Positions 35,559 through 45,385 of a stretch of 64,000 nucleotides of DNA are shown here, piece after piece. The stretch is from assembly GCA_038731605.1 (NCBI GenBank), contig JAVYQP010000005.1, forward strand, positions 16,039 to 80,038. The letters run 5' to 3'. This DNA is from Archaeoglobaceae archaeon. GTDB lineage: Archaea; Halobacteriota; Archaeoglobi; Archaeoglobales; Archaeoglobaceae. Made by a program: the position numbers and the translations under genes. Under the pieces are notes generated by a model. The model saw only the letters and a list, made by a program, of their open reading frames with translations. It was not told the DNA's origin and did not search any database. Every line of letters begins with the position of its first letter. Within the stretch, counting starts at the first letter, position 1.

Positions 35559-36533
35559 GACTTCGACGGATTCGCCAAACCTAAACCTTGGAAAACTCAC
35601 TCTTTTTGCCGAAAGCAAGCCATGGGCTAAAATTGGCAAAGCGATTGTTGCGTCGACGAAAACCTGAACTTTTTTGCTCCTATGGTTTATCTTTCCCCAG
35701 CTTATGCCCTCTTCGAACGTGCAACCACTCAAGCCACCGAACTGCGGGGAATCCGTTGTTATCTGGATTGCATAATCATGCCCCTTGGCATCGTAGCCCT
35801 TAAGCCTTGCGACGACTTCGGTTTGCTGGATGAAGTTCTTCGGAACCCCTCCGCCGATGTAGATCACTCCTGTCTTCTCGGATTTAGCTACGAGCTCCGT
35901 CAACTCCTCGACGTCTTTTATCGTGTCAACAACACATCTCTTCTTTGCTAAGGAAGCTCCAATTCCGATTGAGCTATCTGCAATCGCTGGGCAGAAAATA
36001 GGGACCCCCTCTTCGAGGGCTGAAACCACTATGGACTCTTCCTTCGCCTTTTCCCTGACTCTCTCGGCAATTCTCTCGATTATTTCCCTCGAAGAGAAAA
36101 CACCTTCGGATTCCCCGAAGATCTCGGAAATCATGAAGTCTATCTCGTTGAACTCTTTTTCACGAGCAAAAACGTCGTAAATCCTGTCGATCCCATCTCT
36201 GAAAAGCTCCTCGTCGTTTACAAACTCGTGCCCGAGGTAGTGCTTGAAACCCATCGCTTCATGGATGTCGTGGAAGAGATTCGCACCAGTGGAGACCAAC
36301 ACGTCTATGAACCTGTTCCTTATGAGCCAAGCGATGATTTTTCGCATTCCCGCAGGAACCATTGCTCCAGCGAGACCCATTAGAATCGTTATCTTCTCTT
36401 CGTTCAGCATCTCGAGCCAGATTTCGAAGGCTTCCCCAAGCTTTCTGCCTTGGAAGCCAGTTTTGCCCATCGATTTAAGAAGATCAAAAAAATCTCGATT
36501 CTTAACCTCTATCGGAACAGTTGGATGCATCAT
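35547..36533 (-). CDS. dys: Deoxyhypusine synthase
   Basis: GFQGRKLGEA, MVPAGMR, GGGVPKNF and the overall 328-aa layout. Confidence 0.85.
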   Translation of the reverse strand: MMHPTVPIEVKNRDFFDLLKSMGKTGFQGRKLGEAFEIWLEMLNEEKITILMGLAGAMVPAGMRKIIAWLIRNRFIDVLVSTGANLFHDIHEAMGFKHYLGHEFVNDEELFRDGIDRIYDVFAREKEFNEIDFMISEIFGESEGVFSSREIIERIAERVREKAKEESIVVSALEEGVPIFCPAIADSSIGIGASLAKKRCVVDTIKDVEELTELVAKSEKTGVIYIGGGVPKNFIQQTEVVARLKGYDAKGHDYAIQITTDSPQFGGLSGCTFEEGISWGKINHRSKKVQVFVDATIALPILAHGLLSAKRVSFPRFRFGESVEVSFS

Positions 36534-37093
36534 ATCACGAAGACCGCAGCCGAGACTACGGTTACAAACTCGTTCTCGCCAACCTCCGCAACTGCGGTTA
36601 TGTTGAATGTTTTCGCTGGCTCTATGTCGAACGCAGTTCTTAGCATATACGCAGCCATGTCTTCGGCGTGCTTTCCTTCTTCGCCGTTGCAGTAGCCGTG
36701 GTATTCGGTAAGGTATCCGTTGAGATTCGTGTTGTCTGGGATCGCAACACCAACGCTCGCAAATATCTTCTTCCCCGCCTCACAGCTCGTCATCCGAGAC
36801 ATGACGCAGAAAACTATCTGCCCTGGGGAGAGCTCTTTCAGACCCTCCTCTCTCGTAACTATCTCGCAACCGGGCGGGAAGATACTGCTAACGGTGACGA
36901 GGTTGAACTTCTCTATTCCCGCATCCCGCAAGGCGAGTTCGAAGCTTACGAGCGCATCCGCATGTTTACCGACTCCTGAAGTGAAGAAGACTTTTCTGGG
37001 CACCAATCTTCCATCTGAAACCATCGCAGATCCAGCAACTCTGCCAGCGCCCTGCTTGTATTCAACCAAACCGAATTCAGATGCCCCGAACAT
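36530..37093 (-). CDS. pdaD: Pyruvoyl-dependent arginine decarboxylase
   Basis: FFTSGVG and the NLVTVSSIFPP self-cleavage site. An alternative start at the ATG at 37024 would remove a 23-aa extension. Confidence 0.85.
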   Translation of the reverse strand: MFGASEFGLVEYKQGAGRVAGSAMVSDGRLVPRKVFFTSGVGKHADALVSFELALRDAGIEKFNLVTVSSIFPPGCEIVTREEGLKELSPGQIVFCVMSRMTSCEAGKKIFASVGVAIPDNTNLNGYLTEYHGYCNGEEGKHAEDMAAYMLRTAFDIEPAKTFNITAVAEVGENEFVTVVSAAVFVI

Positions 37094-37537
37094 TTCCGTT
37101 CACTGCTCAACATCATACCAATTGAGTATTTAAGCTTTACTATTGGTTAAGGTGCTGGAATCGAGAGATGTTGAGTAAAATCCATTCGATTTGGAAAAGG
37201 AGCGTTTTTAGGAGAATTAGAAATTAAAATAAAATAGATAAATATAGATCTTGAGTTCCGTTTTAAGGAATCTTAGCCTCGAGAAATCCGTTTAAACAGA
37301 GCTCCGCAAAAAAATAGCAGATCTGGTTAGATTTAATTTACCTCTGATTGATAAAAATTTCTATTTTCTGAATTAAGTCGATCAAACTGCTCTCGCTCAA
37401 AACAAGTTCGAGAGGATTTCTGCTTTTCGTTCCAAATTTACCAAAAATGGACTCTACCGCTTTTTTAGGATTAAGGGTGAAAAATTGCAGGGATCCAAAA
37501 CAAAAAAGATATATTTTGTGGTTTCAAAAAAGTTGCG

Positions 37538-38419
37538 GTGATTGAAACCTGGGAAGAGTTCCTCGTTTTCGAAAGAGAACTCAAAAGGTTTGTCGAGTCA
37601 GTTGAAACTAATTCAAAAATCAAAAAAGCCCTAAAATACGTCATCTCCGCAGGGGGGAAGCGGGTTAGACCAGTCATAGTGCTGTTAGCTGGAAAAATCT
37701 GTGGGGGAAGTTATGAAAGGCTCATGAACCTCGCCTTAGCGGTAGAATTGATTCACACCGCAAGCCTTGTGCACGACGACATCATAGATAGAGCAAGGTT
37801 ACGCAGAAACAGACCAGCGCTTCACGTTGAATATGACTTAGCCCTTGCACTCGTTCTTGGAGATTGGCTGATCTCGAAGTCTGTCGAGCTAACTGCTGTA
37901 TACGGCAAGGAGATCATCGAAGAGTCTGCGAAAGTTGGTATGATGATGAGCGAGGGGGAGATCATGGATTACTACAGCGTAAAGGAGAGATTCGATGAAG
38001 CGGACTACCTCAGATGCATAGAGAAGAAGACCGCATCTCTTTTCGCTTATTCTGCAAAAACCGCTGGGAAGATAGTTTCAGGTGATGAAAAAGCAGTTCG
38101 AAAGCTCTACGACTATGGCTACAACCTCGGAATGGCTTATCAACTCGTCGACGACCTTCTTGAATACCTGAGCGCCTTGAGGGACAAGAAATCGGACTTC
38201 GAATCCTACACTCTGCCACAGATCTACGAAGAGAAGTTTGGCTTAGAGAGTGCGGTGAAAAAAGTGCTTTCGATGATCAAAACGTTCTCTGAGAAAAGCG
38301 TTTCAAGCCTCGATTACTTTAAAGATTGCGAAGAGAAGGGGAAGTTGATAAAAATAGTTGACCACATGACAAAAGATATGCTTAGCCAGAGCGGTCTATC
38401 TCTTGAGCTTTCTGAATAA
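37538..38419 (+). CDS. idsA: Polyprenyl (geranylgeranyl-type) diphosphate synthase
   Basis: First Asp-rich motif LVHDDIID and second YQLVDDLLE. The GTG start lies about 27 nt after the TATA-like AGATATATTT. Confidence 0.8.
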   Translation: MIETWEEFLVFERELKRFVESVETNSKIKKALKYVISAGGKRVRPVIVLLAGKICGGSYERLMNLALAVELIHTASLVHDDIIDRARLRRNRPALHVEYDLALALVLGDWLISKSVELTAVYGKEIIEESAKVGMMMSEGEIMDYYSVKERFDEADYLRCIEKKTASLFAYSAKTAGKIVSGDEKAVRKLYDYGYNLGMAYQLVDDLLEYLSALRDKKSDFESYTLPQIYEEKFGLESAVKKVLSMIKTFSEKSVSSLDYFKDCEEKGKLIKIVDHMTKDMLSQSGLSLELSE

Positions 38420-39031
38420 TCTTGCGTTGTTCTCCAGCACTTTTTCCCACTCAGCAATCCCCGCCCCTAAGATTATTCTTTTTGCGGTCGAATCGTCGAT
38501 TACGTCTGATGGTGAATGCGCATCCGTGTTCAAAACAAGATTGCAAGAGAACTTTTCCGCCATTCTCGCAACGTGACCATTCGTCAAGCAGTGTCCTTTC
38601 CTTGCGGAGATCTCAAGGAATATTCCGTTCTCTCTCGCCTTCTCAGCCTCCTCCTCGCTTAGAATCCCCGGGTGTGCGAGGATGTTTATCTCTTCATCGA
38701 GTGCAGACGAGTTCGTCCCTTCTGCAACTGGCTCCACGATCGTTTCCCCGTGAACTATCACTATCTCCGCCCCCTCTTTCCAAGCAAGCTCCACCGCCCT
38801 TCCAATTAGCCTTGGAGGGACATGCGTGATCTCGACGCCTACAAGGAAATCGATGTCGAAGTCGAATTCTTTCAGCTTGGAGAGGCTTGAAAGGATCATT
38901 GGAATCGTGGAAAAGTCTGCGTGATCCGTTATTGCGACACCTTCGTTCCCTTTGGACGCAACTCGCCTTATCAATTCCGCTGGGATTAGCTCTCCGTCGC
39001 TAAACGTTGAATGCGTGTGGAGATCGATCAT
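38396..39031 (-). CDS. PHP-domain metal-dependent phosphoesterase
   Basis: MIDLHTHSTFSDG, ITDHADF, and LNTDAHS near the C-terminal end. Confidence 0.7.
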   Translation of the reverse strand: MIDLHTHSTFSDGELIPAELIRRVASKGNEGVAITDHADFSTIPMILSSLSKLKEFDFDIDFLVGVEITHVPPRLIGRAVELAWKEGAEIVIVHGETIVEPVAEGTNSSALDEEINILAHPGILSEEEAEKARENGIFLEISARKGHCLTNGHVARMAEKFSCNLVLNTDAHSPSDVIDDSTAKRIILGAGIAEWEKVLENNARLFRKLKR

Positions 39032-39067
39032 GCGAAAGCATTAATATTCAGGAGATAACCTTTTCTC

Positions 39068-39355
39068 ATGTCAGGGATTCGCCGACTCGTCCTCGACGTT
39101 CTCAAACCACACGAACCCTCGAACACATACTTCGCTTTGAAGCTCAGCGAGCTCCAAGGAATTGAGGGAGTAAACATAACTCTGCAAGAGGTCGATCAGG
39201 AGACCGAATCCGTGAAGATTACGCTCGTTGGCATGAATCTGGACTACGAAGAAATCAAGGACACGATCGAGGCGCTTGGGGGAGTTGTGCACAGCATCGA
39301 TGAAGTCGTCGCAGGCAAAAAGATCGTCGAGTCCGTCAAGACCGAGCAGGATTGA
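39068..39355 (+). CDS. DUF211-like small protein
   Basis: 95 aa. [14 protein letters not shown]...ESVKITLVG...[10 protein letters not shown] matches my memory of the DUF211 family. Confidence 0.55.
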   Translation: MSGIRRLVLDVLKPHEPSNTYFALKLSELQGIEGVNITLQEVDQETESVKITLVGMNLDYEEIKDTIEALGGVVHSIDEVVAGKKIVESVKTEQD

Positions 39356-40175
39356 AGAACCTTATAAAAGCTAAGCCGAGCTCGAAAAGCACTATCATTG
39401 GTAACGCAAGCATGGTTTGTGTAAAAACATCGACGGTTGGAGTTGCAATCGCTGCGAGAACGAAAAAGAGAACGTATGCGTGTCTTCGGTAGTATTTAAG
39501 GGTCTCATAGTTGACGACGTTGTTGCGAACTAAGAAGAACATTATCACTGGGATCTCGAAGAAGAAGCCAAAGAGTAGGATCATGAACAGAACAAATGTT
39601 ACGAACTCCGACAGAGAATACAGAGGAGTGACACCATACGAGAGCGTTAGCTCGTGGAGGAATCTGATTATGAGTCGGACGATGAAGAATCCGTAAACAC
39701 AGCCCAAGGCGAAGAGAAGTAAAGCGATAATCGCATAGGGCTTTACCGAAACCCTAAGCCATCCCCTCGCCCTGAGGGTTTTTGCCAGAATTGTCAGAAT
39801 GTATGGAATTGCGCAGGCTATGCCGAGTGCGATCGATATTTTAAGGCTTAAAACGATTGCCTCGAGCGGTGTCAGAACAACTGGTCCGAGAAAAGAGGTT
39901 ACGAGTCTCGAAAGCGTTTTTGTCTCTTCGTAAACTAAGGTTTTATTCGAAGGATCGTTTTCTAACTTGTCCGCAATTTCTCTTAGCTGTTTTGCAAGCT
40001 CTTTAACCTTCTCCTCCCCAACCTGCGGGTAGGGATAGAGCTCTTCGATTACGAAAGAAATTACACTCCCGGAAAACGGAAAAAAGGCAAAGCTAACGAT
40101 CGCTATGATTGCGACGATCTTGAAAACGCTCCTCCTAATCTCAAGGAGGAAATTAGCCCAGTCCCTCGCTTCCAA
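39336..40175 (-). CDS. tatC: Twin-arginine translocase subunit TatC
   Basis: Six TM segments. [25 protein letters not shown] and [13 protein letters not shown] motifs. Confidence 0.8.
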   Translation of the reverse strand: MEARDWANFLLEIRRSVFKIVAIIAIVSFAFFPFSGSVISFVIEELYPYPQVGEEKVKELAKQLREIADKLENDPSNKTLVYEETKTLSRLVTSFLGPVVLTPLEAIVLSLKISIALGIACAIPYILTILAKTLRARGWLRVSVKPYAIIALLLFALGCVYGFFIVRLIIRFLHELTLSYGVTPLYSLSEFVTFVLFMILLFGFFFEIPVIMFFLVRNNVVNYETLKYYRRHAYVLFFVLAAIATPTVDVFTQTMLALPMIVLFELGLAFIRFFNPARS

Positions 40176-40184
40176 GCGAACACC

Positions 40185-41105
40185 TCAGAGACAATACCTT
40201 TCAGCCACGAACTGCTGGATCCCACGAATTGTGTTCCTGATGAAGAAGTCCTCCCTCTTCTTTATGTCCTCGTCGAGCAAGCGGTAGTTTGAGAACTTCG
40301 AATCTTTTTCGAGCAGTTCTTGCTTCGCAATGCTTACAACCTTCTCCTCTTCTCTTATGTCCTTTCTGCACAGGATGTCGTAAACCGTTGAAACCCAGAG
40401 CTTCAACTGCTTCATAGCCCTCTCTGCGATTTCTACGCTATCCCTCTTGAAACCAAAGTGCCCAAAGCAAACCCTTTTGCTTCCGATCGCAAGCAACTTC
40501 TCAATCGTGTCCATCGCAACTTCGTATTCGAACTTCGGCGGGGTTGCGGGACGTAGATAGTAGTCGCTCTTCAACGGCATGTGGACGCCGAAGGCTTCGC
40601 CCACGAACAAGAACTCGCCGAAGACGTAGCTTTGGTGATGTGGTGCATGTCCAGGGGTGTCGAGGATCTGAACCTCTTTTTCTGCGAACACAACTTTTCC
40701 CTCGTGTATTTTGTCCTCGCTGATACCCTTCGGCTTTCCATAGACCTCTGCGATGTTTCCGAGTGCTTCAAGCGAAGCTTTCCACAGCTTTTCGGGGTTT
40801 ATGAGGTGTTTTTTCCCAAACTCGTGCACGACAACGCTCGTCTCAGGATACCTCTCGACGATCTCCGCAATCCCGCCTGCGTGATCCAAGTGGATGTGCG
40901 TGAGCAAAACGAGCTCGACCTTTTTTATCTTCAAGTAGTTCAGCGCTTCGATCAACTTGGGGATCGTCGCCTTCGGACCCACGTCGATGAGCATCGCTTT
41001 GTCTTCATCTTTGACAACCCAACAGCTTATGAACTTCCTAAAGCCCTCGAGTTCTTGCGGGAGATCGACCAAGTAGAGGTTATCTGCGACTTCGATGATG
41101 TTCAT
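40185..41105 (-). CDS. MBL-fold metallo-hydrolase
   Basis: LLTHIHLDHAGG (HxHxDH), TPGHAPHH. Confidence 0.75.
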   Translation of the reverse strand: MNIIEVADNLYLVDLPQELEGFRKFISCWVVKDEDKAMLIDVGPKATIPKLIEALNYLKIKKVELVLLTHIHLDHAGGIAEIVERYPETSVVVHEFGKKHLINPEKLWKASLEALGNIAEVYGKPKGISEDKIHEGKVVFAEKEVQILDTPGHAPHHQSYVFGEFLFVGEAFGVHMPLKSDYYLRPATPPKFEYEVAMDTIEKLLAIGSKRVCFGHFGFKRDSVEIAERAMKQLKLWVSTVYDILCRKDIREEEKVVSIAKQELLEKDSKFSNYRLLDEDIKKREDFFIRNTIRGIQQFVAERYCL

Positions 41106-41125
41106 GCCAATACTTCTCGAGCAAT

Positions 41126-41992
41126 CTAATATCTTTTTCTATCCCACAGAGCTCTTGCTCTCGTTTCCTCCAATCGACTAACTGCCAAAAACTCCTCGAA
41201 GTCATCGCAAACACTCGCAATTCCCTCTAAAAACAGTTTCTCGTATTCCTCTCTGCTCGTTCCAAAGTAATCTTTCTCGCTCGTCCCCCTCCAGAAGATG
41301 CGGTTTCTCTCGTCCTCAACAAGGATGTCGGGTGAAGAGAACGGCGCACCGTAATAGTGGGGGAAGAAGTCTTCTCTCCCTATGTCCCTCTTCACGAACC
41401 TCGTCAGATCCAAGAGCACGATTTTACCGTCGCTATACACCGCTTCATAGTCTTCCCACGGGCTATAAATATAGTCGAGCTTGAAGATCTTGTAAAGGAG
41501 CTCTGCGGTAAGCTTTATGCACTCTCTCGCAAGATCTTCACGTTTCATCGAAAAACCCTCTCTGAACTCAGACAATGGTATGCCATCGACCCACTCTTGG
41601 AGCATGTAATCCTGCGAAATCGCCAAAGGCTTTGCAATGTTCTCGATTTTCGGAAAATCGATCTCTCTGAAATCTCGAATAGGTGAGTTCGGCGAGAGAA
41701 CGTTTAAAGCGAATCTACTTCTGTCCGCCAAGACTTCAAAAACGTAGTATCTAACCCACGCAGATGCGAGTCTGACGGTAACGTTTTCAAACCCAAACTT
41801 GAGATCTGCGAGCACTTCTAATAGCTTTTTTTCCCAATTTTTCCTTCTTTCCTCTCTCGTGGCTCCAAAAAGGGCGTATTTTGGCAAGCGAACCGTAACG
41901 CCCCAGCAAACAAGTGAATCGTCCGCAATGTTGTCGTCAAAGAGAACCTTCATACGGGAATTCGAGATTCTCCATCTGTAGAGCGGGGACAA
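41126..41992 (-). CDS. Hypothetical protein, possibly a degenerate protein-kinase-like fold
   Basis: YMLQEWVDGIPLSEF resembles a kinase hinge. KIVLLDLTRF resembles the DFG-equivalent strand. No clear HxD/N catalytic loop is present. Confidence 0.35.
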   Translation of the reverse strand: MSPLYRWRISNSRMKVLFDDNIADDSLVCWGVTVRLPKYALFGATREERRKNWEKKLLEVLADLKFGFENVTVRLASAWVRYYVFEVLADRSRFALNVLSPNSPIRDFREIDFPKIENIAKPLAISQDYMLQEWVDGIPLSEFREGFSMKREDLARECIKLTAELLYKIFKLDYIYSPWEDYEAVYSDGKIVLLDLTRFVKRDIGREDFFPHYYGAPFSSPDILVEDERNRIFWRGTSEKDYFGTSREEYEKLFLEGIASVCDDFEEFLAVSRLEETRARALWDRKRY

Positions 41993-42137
41993 CCCTCAAA
42001 AGACCTATTTTCTCACACTTTGGGCACCGAATAACCAGAATTCTCATCTCAAATTCCGAAAATCTACGTTTAAACGTTCCTTTTTCTTCTTTGATGGTTT
42101 CCATGGCACAACCGCACATAGGGCAAACGAGATCCAT
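41937..42137 (-). CDS. Small zinc-ribbon protein (66 aa)
   Basis: CPMCGC...CPKC pairs. It overlaps the start of the downstream ORF. Confidence 0.4.
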   Translation of the reverse strand: MDLVCPMCGCAMETIKEEKGTFKRRFSEFEMRILVIRCPKCEKIGLLRVVPALQMENLEFPYEGSL

Positions 42138-42169
42138 GAAGCTAATATTGCGGTTCGCTTATTAGTTTT

Positions 42170-43579
42170 GTGGAATTCAATCCGTTTCAAAAAAAGTATA
42201 GGAAAGGGGAAAGGAAGGTTGCTCTCGTCTATCCAAACCGCTACGTAGGTGGAATTGCAAATCTGGGGCTTCAAATTCTATATGCGAAGATCAACGAAGT
42301 AGCCTACTGCGAGAGGTTTTATGCGGATGTTTTCGATGGCTTGAGGAGCGTTGAAACCGGTAGCAAAATTTCTGATTTCGACGTTGCGCTTTTCAGCCTA
42401 CAGTATGAGACGGATTACTTTAAAGCGATCGAAATTCTGAGAAAGAGTGGGTTCCAGGGGATCAAAATCGCAGGCGGTCCTTGTGTGATGGAAAATCCAA
42501 AGCCCCTTCTCAGGTTTTTCGATGCCTTTTTCATAGGCGAAGCGGACGAGAAGATCGAGGAGATCGTTCTTGCAAAAGACGTCGAGGAGCTCTCGGAGAT
42601 CGAGGGCATATACACGGGAAAGGAGGAGAGCGTGAAGAGGGTTTATTGCAGACTCGACAAGCACATCGAGGACGAAATAATAGGCGATGGCGCTTATGGG
42701 AGAGCTTTTATCCTTGAGATTGGGAGGGGTTGCGTTAGAAGGTGCAGTTTCTGCCTTGTCCGCCAAATCTACGCTCCGCCGAGATGGAGAAAGTTCGAGG
42801 ATTTGCCAAAGGTAAAGGGGGTTAAAAAAGTGGCGATTGTTGCACCTTCGCCAACAGATCATCCAGAGTTCAAGGAAATCGTTCATAGGCTCTGCGAACT
42901 CGGGTTTGAAGTTTCACCTTCTTCGATAAGAGCCGATGCGGTTGACGAAGAGCTCGTTGAAATTTTAAAACTTGCAAAAGTAAGAACTCTAACCCTCGCA
43001 CCCGAGACTGCGTCACCAGAGCTTTCGGAGTTCCTAAGGAAAGAGATAAGCGGGGAAGATTTGAGAAACGCAGTAGAGCTTAGCGCTGGAAGCTTTGAAA
43101 AACTCAAACTCTACTACATGATCGGGATCCCCGGAGAAAGCGTTGAAGATGTGATGAGAATTGTCGAAGATGCGATCTCTTTCAAGAGGAGGTTTCCGAG
43201 GGTCGAGATCTCTGTGAATCCACTCGTTCCGAAGCCCCACACACCACTGCAGTGGCTTGGGTTCGCAGACCTCAACGAGCTCGAGGCTAAGATCTCGATA
43301 CTTGAAAAGGAGAGCAAAAAGCACGGTATTGAGTTCTCCGCACCAAATCTCAAGGAGTTCGTAATTCAAACTATTCTCGCCCGGGGGGATGAAGAGGTTT
43401 CAGACCTCCTGCTTGGGAGGAACTACAAGGACTTTCTCGAGTTCCTAAAGCCCCTGAGCCTTGAAAGCCCACTGCCATGGGATTTTATAAATCATGGATA
43501 TAAAAAATCCAAACTTCAGCAGGAATTCGCAAAGTTGATGGAGAGATTAGACAAATCTTATAAACCGTCCGAAGTATAA
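42170..43579 (+). CDS. Radical SAM protein with N-terminal B12-binding-like domain
   Basis: GRGCVRRCSFCLV (CxxxCxxC) follows an N-terminal Rossmann-like region (VALVYPN...IAGGP). GTG start. Confidence 0.75.
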   Translation: MEFNPFQKKYRKGERKVALVYPNRYVGGIANLGLQILYAKINEVAYCERFYADVFDGLRSVETGSKISDFDVALFSLQYETDYFKAIEILRKSGFQGIKIAGGPCVMENPKPLLRFFDAFFIGEADEKIEEIVLAKDVEELSEIEGIYTGKEESVKRVYCRLDKHIEDEIIGDGAYGRAFILEIGRGCVRRCSFCLVRQIYAPPRWRKFEDLPKVKGVKKVAIVAPSPTDHPEFKEIVHRLCELGFEVSPSSIRADAVDEELVEILKLAKVRTLTLAPETASPELSEFLRKEISGEDLRNAVELSAGSFEKLKLYYMIGIPGESVEDVMRIVEDAISFKRRFPRVEISVNPLVPKPHTPLQWLGFADLNELEAKISILEKESKKHGIEFSAPNLKEFVIQTILARGDEEVSDLLLGRNYKDFLEFLKPLSLESPLPWDFINHGYKKSKLQQEFAKLMERLDKSYKPSEV

Positions 43580-43589
43580 GCTCCCTTAA

Positions 43590-43663
43590 GGGCCGGTAGC
43601 TTAGCCAGGTAGAGCGCGGGACTCTTAATCCCGCAGTCGTGGGTTCAAATCCCTCCCGGCCCG
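43590..43663 (+). tRNA. tRNA-Lys (anticodon CUU)
   Basis: Manual cloverleaf. Acceptor is GGGCCGG/CCGGCCC. Anticodon stem is CGGGA/TCCCG with loop CTCTTAA. T arm is GTGGG-TTCAAAT-CCCTC. The discriminator is G and no CCA is encoded. Confidence 0.9.
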
Positions 43664-43668
43664 TTTTT
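43664..43668 (+). terminator. Oligo-T tract directly after tRNA-Lys
   Basis: TTTTT immediately 3' of the discriminator base, as expected for an archaeal intrinsic terminator. Confidence 0.4.
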
Positions 43669-44025
43669 CGGAAATCGGGCTTTTTGGATTGTTTCTTTTT
43701 AACTCGGAAGCAGTTTTGGCTTTCTTTTCTTTGAGGTTTTGCCATTTTTGGATTTTTTCATGATTCTTTATATATTTTTGTGAATTGTGTATATTTATGC
43801 GGACAACTACAAAACAAGGCTTAGTCCACAATGAACGTCTGGTTTGAACTCGGGTCTCAGCATAGCTTGATCCAAAACTCCGCAAACTCAAGGGAGTTGA
43901 GTTCAAGATCTCGAATAACTGAAGTGGATTTCCCAATGCTCAACGCCCTTCATACTCATCCAATCTCAAAATTGGTGTAGAGATAAAAACAGAAGGGTTA
44001 AATAGTCTGAAGAGCACCGCAAACC

Positions 44026-44850
44026 ATGAGCAAGGTAAAGGTTGGTGTTTTGAAGATGGGTGCTATCGGCACCGCAGTTATTCTCGAATACCTTCTCGAC
44101 GAGAGGGCTGATAGGGAGGACATCGAAGTTCGTGTTGTGACGAGTGGAGCGAAAATGCAACCCGAGGAAGCGGTGGTTGCGGAGAAGCTGAAGGAGTTCA
44201 ATCCCGATCTTATAATCGTCGCCTCGCCAAACGCAGCGCTTCCAGGACCAAAGGCTGCGAGAGAGGCGTTTGCTGGGAAACCAGTGATCGTGATCAGCGA
44301 CGCTCCCGCAAAGAAGGCGAAGGACGAGCTGAAGGAAAAAGGCTTCGGCTACATATTCCTGAACGCAGACTCGATGATTGGCGCTCGCAGAGAATTCTTG
44401 GATCCAACGGAGATGACTTTGTTCAACGCAGATGTTTTGAAAGTCCTCGCAGCAACCGGAGCCTTGAGAGTTGTTCAAGAAGCGATTGACAAGGTTATCG
44501 AAGACATAAAGGCTGGGAAGAAGCCCGAGTTACCGCAGATAGTTGTGACCGCAGAAAAAGCGGTAGAGGCTGCGAAGTTCTCAAACCCATATGCGAAAGC
44601 AAAGGCAATGGCGGCGTATTTCATCGCAGAGAAGGTTGCAGATATAAACGTCCGTGGCTGTTTCGTAGAAAAGGACTACAACGTCTACGTTCCGCTCGTC
44701 GCCTCTGCGCATGAGATGATGAGAATCGCTGCGATGCTCGCAGATGAGGCGAGAGAGATCGAGAAATACGGAGACAAAGTCTTTAGGAACCCGCACTCGA
44801 GAGATGGGAAGATTCTATCGAAGACCGAGCTCATAAGCAAGCCTCAATAA
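44026..44850 (+). CDS. mtd: F420-dependent methylenetetrahydromethanopterin dehydrogenase
   Basis: 274 aa. The N-terminus KVGVLKMGAIGTAV...LLDERADRED and overall sequence match Mtd as I remember it. Confidence 0.8.
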   Translation: MSKVKVGVLKMGAIGTAVILEYLLDERADREDIEVRVVTSGAKMQPEEAVVAEKLKEFNPDLIIVASPNAALPGPKAAREAFAGKPVIVISDAPAKKAKDELKEKGFGYIFLNADSMIGARREFLDPTEMTLFNADVLKVLAATGALRVVQEAIDKVIEDIKAGKKPELPQIVVTAEKAVEAAKFSNPYAKAKAMAAYFIAEKVADINVRGCFVEKDYNVYVPLVASAHEMMRIAAMLADEAREIEKYGDKVFRNPHSRDGKILSKTELISKPQ

Positions 44851-44860
44851 CCTTTTTTTC

Positions 44861-45385
44861 ATGGAAGTTGAAGCCAAGTTTCGACTGAAGGAAGGGGTTC
44901 TCGAGAAAATCGAGAGAGTTGCGAAGTTCGTTGAAGAAAAGGAGGAGTTCGATCTATACTTCAATCACCCATGCAGGGATTTTGCAAAAACCGACGAAGC
45001 GCTAAGGCTTCGCATCGAAAAGCGTGTGAAGATGACCTACAAGGGTCCAAAGGTCGACAGCGAAACGAAGACACGAGAGGAGATCAACGTTTCGGTCGAC
45101 AACTTCGAGAACGCAGTCAAACTCCTCGAGTCTCTCGGGTTTAAGAAGTTCAGAACGGTTAAAAAAACCCGAAAAATCTTTTCCATCGAGAACGCGATCG
45201 TTTGTGTCGATCACGTAGAGGGACTTGGGGACTTCATCGAGATCGAAGTCGGGAGCTTGGCTGAGAAGGAGAAGATCTTTCAGATCGCCGAAAGCCTTGG
45301 TTATTCTCGGGAGGAGAGCATACGAACCTCTTATCTCGAGCTGATCTTAGAAAAAATTAAATCGGGAAGTATAGAGCGTTGGTAG
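44861..45385 (+). CDS. CYTH-domain protein (class IV adenylate cyclase / triphosphatase family)
   Basis: N-terminal MEVEAKF (ExExK signature). 174 aa. Confidence 0.75.
   Translation: MEVEAKFRLKEGVLEKIERVAKFVEEKEEFDLYFNHPCRDFAKTDEALRLRIEKRVKMTYKGPKVDSETKTREEINVSVDNFENAVKLLESLGFKKFRTVKKTRKIFSIENAIVCVDHVEGLGDFIEIEVGSLAEKEKIFQIAESLGYSREESIRTSYLELILEKIKSGSIERW

Noticed and set aside
37094-37537. Replication origin in the long AT-rich spacer
   Set aside because: I found no ORB or mini-ORB-like inverted repeats and no adjacent orc1/cdc6 gene. It is kept only as an unexplained spacer in the findings.
43485-43936. 86-aa and 103-aa minus-strand ORFs spanning tRNA-Lys and its downstream spacer
   Set aside because: They overlap a well-folding tRNA gene. 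The products are Lys/Arg-rich low-complexity sequence, and I see no promoter-like context.
43966-44478. 170-aa ORF antisense to mtd
   Set aside because: It overlaps the confidently identified Mtd CDS on the opposite strand, and its composition is non-protein-like.
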